Shown: positions 24,690-24,764 of the stretch, piece by piece
Layout: every line of letters begins with the position of its first letter
Position numbering within the stretch: the first letter of the stretch is position 1
DNA from: a virus
Lineage: Duplodnaviria; Caudoviricetes
Virus record (IMG/VR): IMGVR_UViG_3300023174_000605
Location: 1-24,764 of that record
Direction: 5' to 3' (one strand)
Length of the DNA: 24,764 nucleotides
Position numbers and translations under genes: made by a program
Notes under the pieces: model-generated
What the model was told of the DNA's origin: nothing
Database searches by the model: none
The model's input: only the letters and a program-made list of their open reading frames with translations

Positions 24690-24764
24690 TTACTGTAGCT
24701 TAATTTTTTCTACTAGACCTGGAGTGAAGTAGTCAGCGTACATGTCATATACTTTAGAAGTAAC
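24690..24764 (-). CDS. 3' end of a gene truncated by the window edge (...VTSKVYDMYADYFTPGLVEKIKLQ*)
   Basis: Manual translation gives an open frame from the window end to TAA at 24690-24692, with phage-like codon usage and a hairpin downstream. Confidence 0.6.
   Translation of the reverse strand, partial: VTSKVYDMYADYFTPGLVEKIKLQ

Overview
This is a T4-like (Tevenvirinae/cyanomyophage-style) myovirus virion morphogenesis region, AT-rich and almost entirely on the minus strand. In transcription order it holds a 12.5-kb cluster of seven fibre/adaptor genes, then gp13, gp14, gp15, gp17, gp18, gp19, gp20, a gp67-like gene, two hypothetical genes and gp21. There is no gp16 small terminase between gp15 and gp17, and no recognisable gp68. 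At the right end is a convergent pair: a degenerate 2OG-Fe(II) oxygenase-like gene (+) and a PP-loop/asparagine-synthetase-like gene (-). Each is preceded by a T4-type late promoter motif. The most interesting pattern is in the fibre cluster. Acidic C-terminal D/E-x-G motifs of one protein are systematically followed in gene order by a basic Mtd_N-like N-terminal domain in a downstream protein, with two matching sub-types. This suggests a head-to-tail, daisy-chained, possibly branched fibre. All family assignments come from motif recognition by eye; no searches were run.
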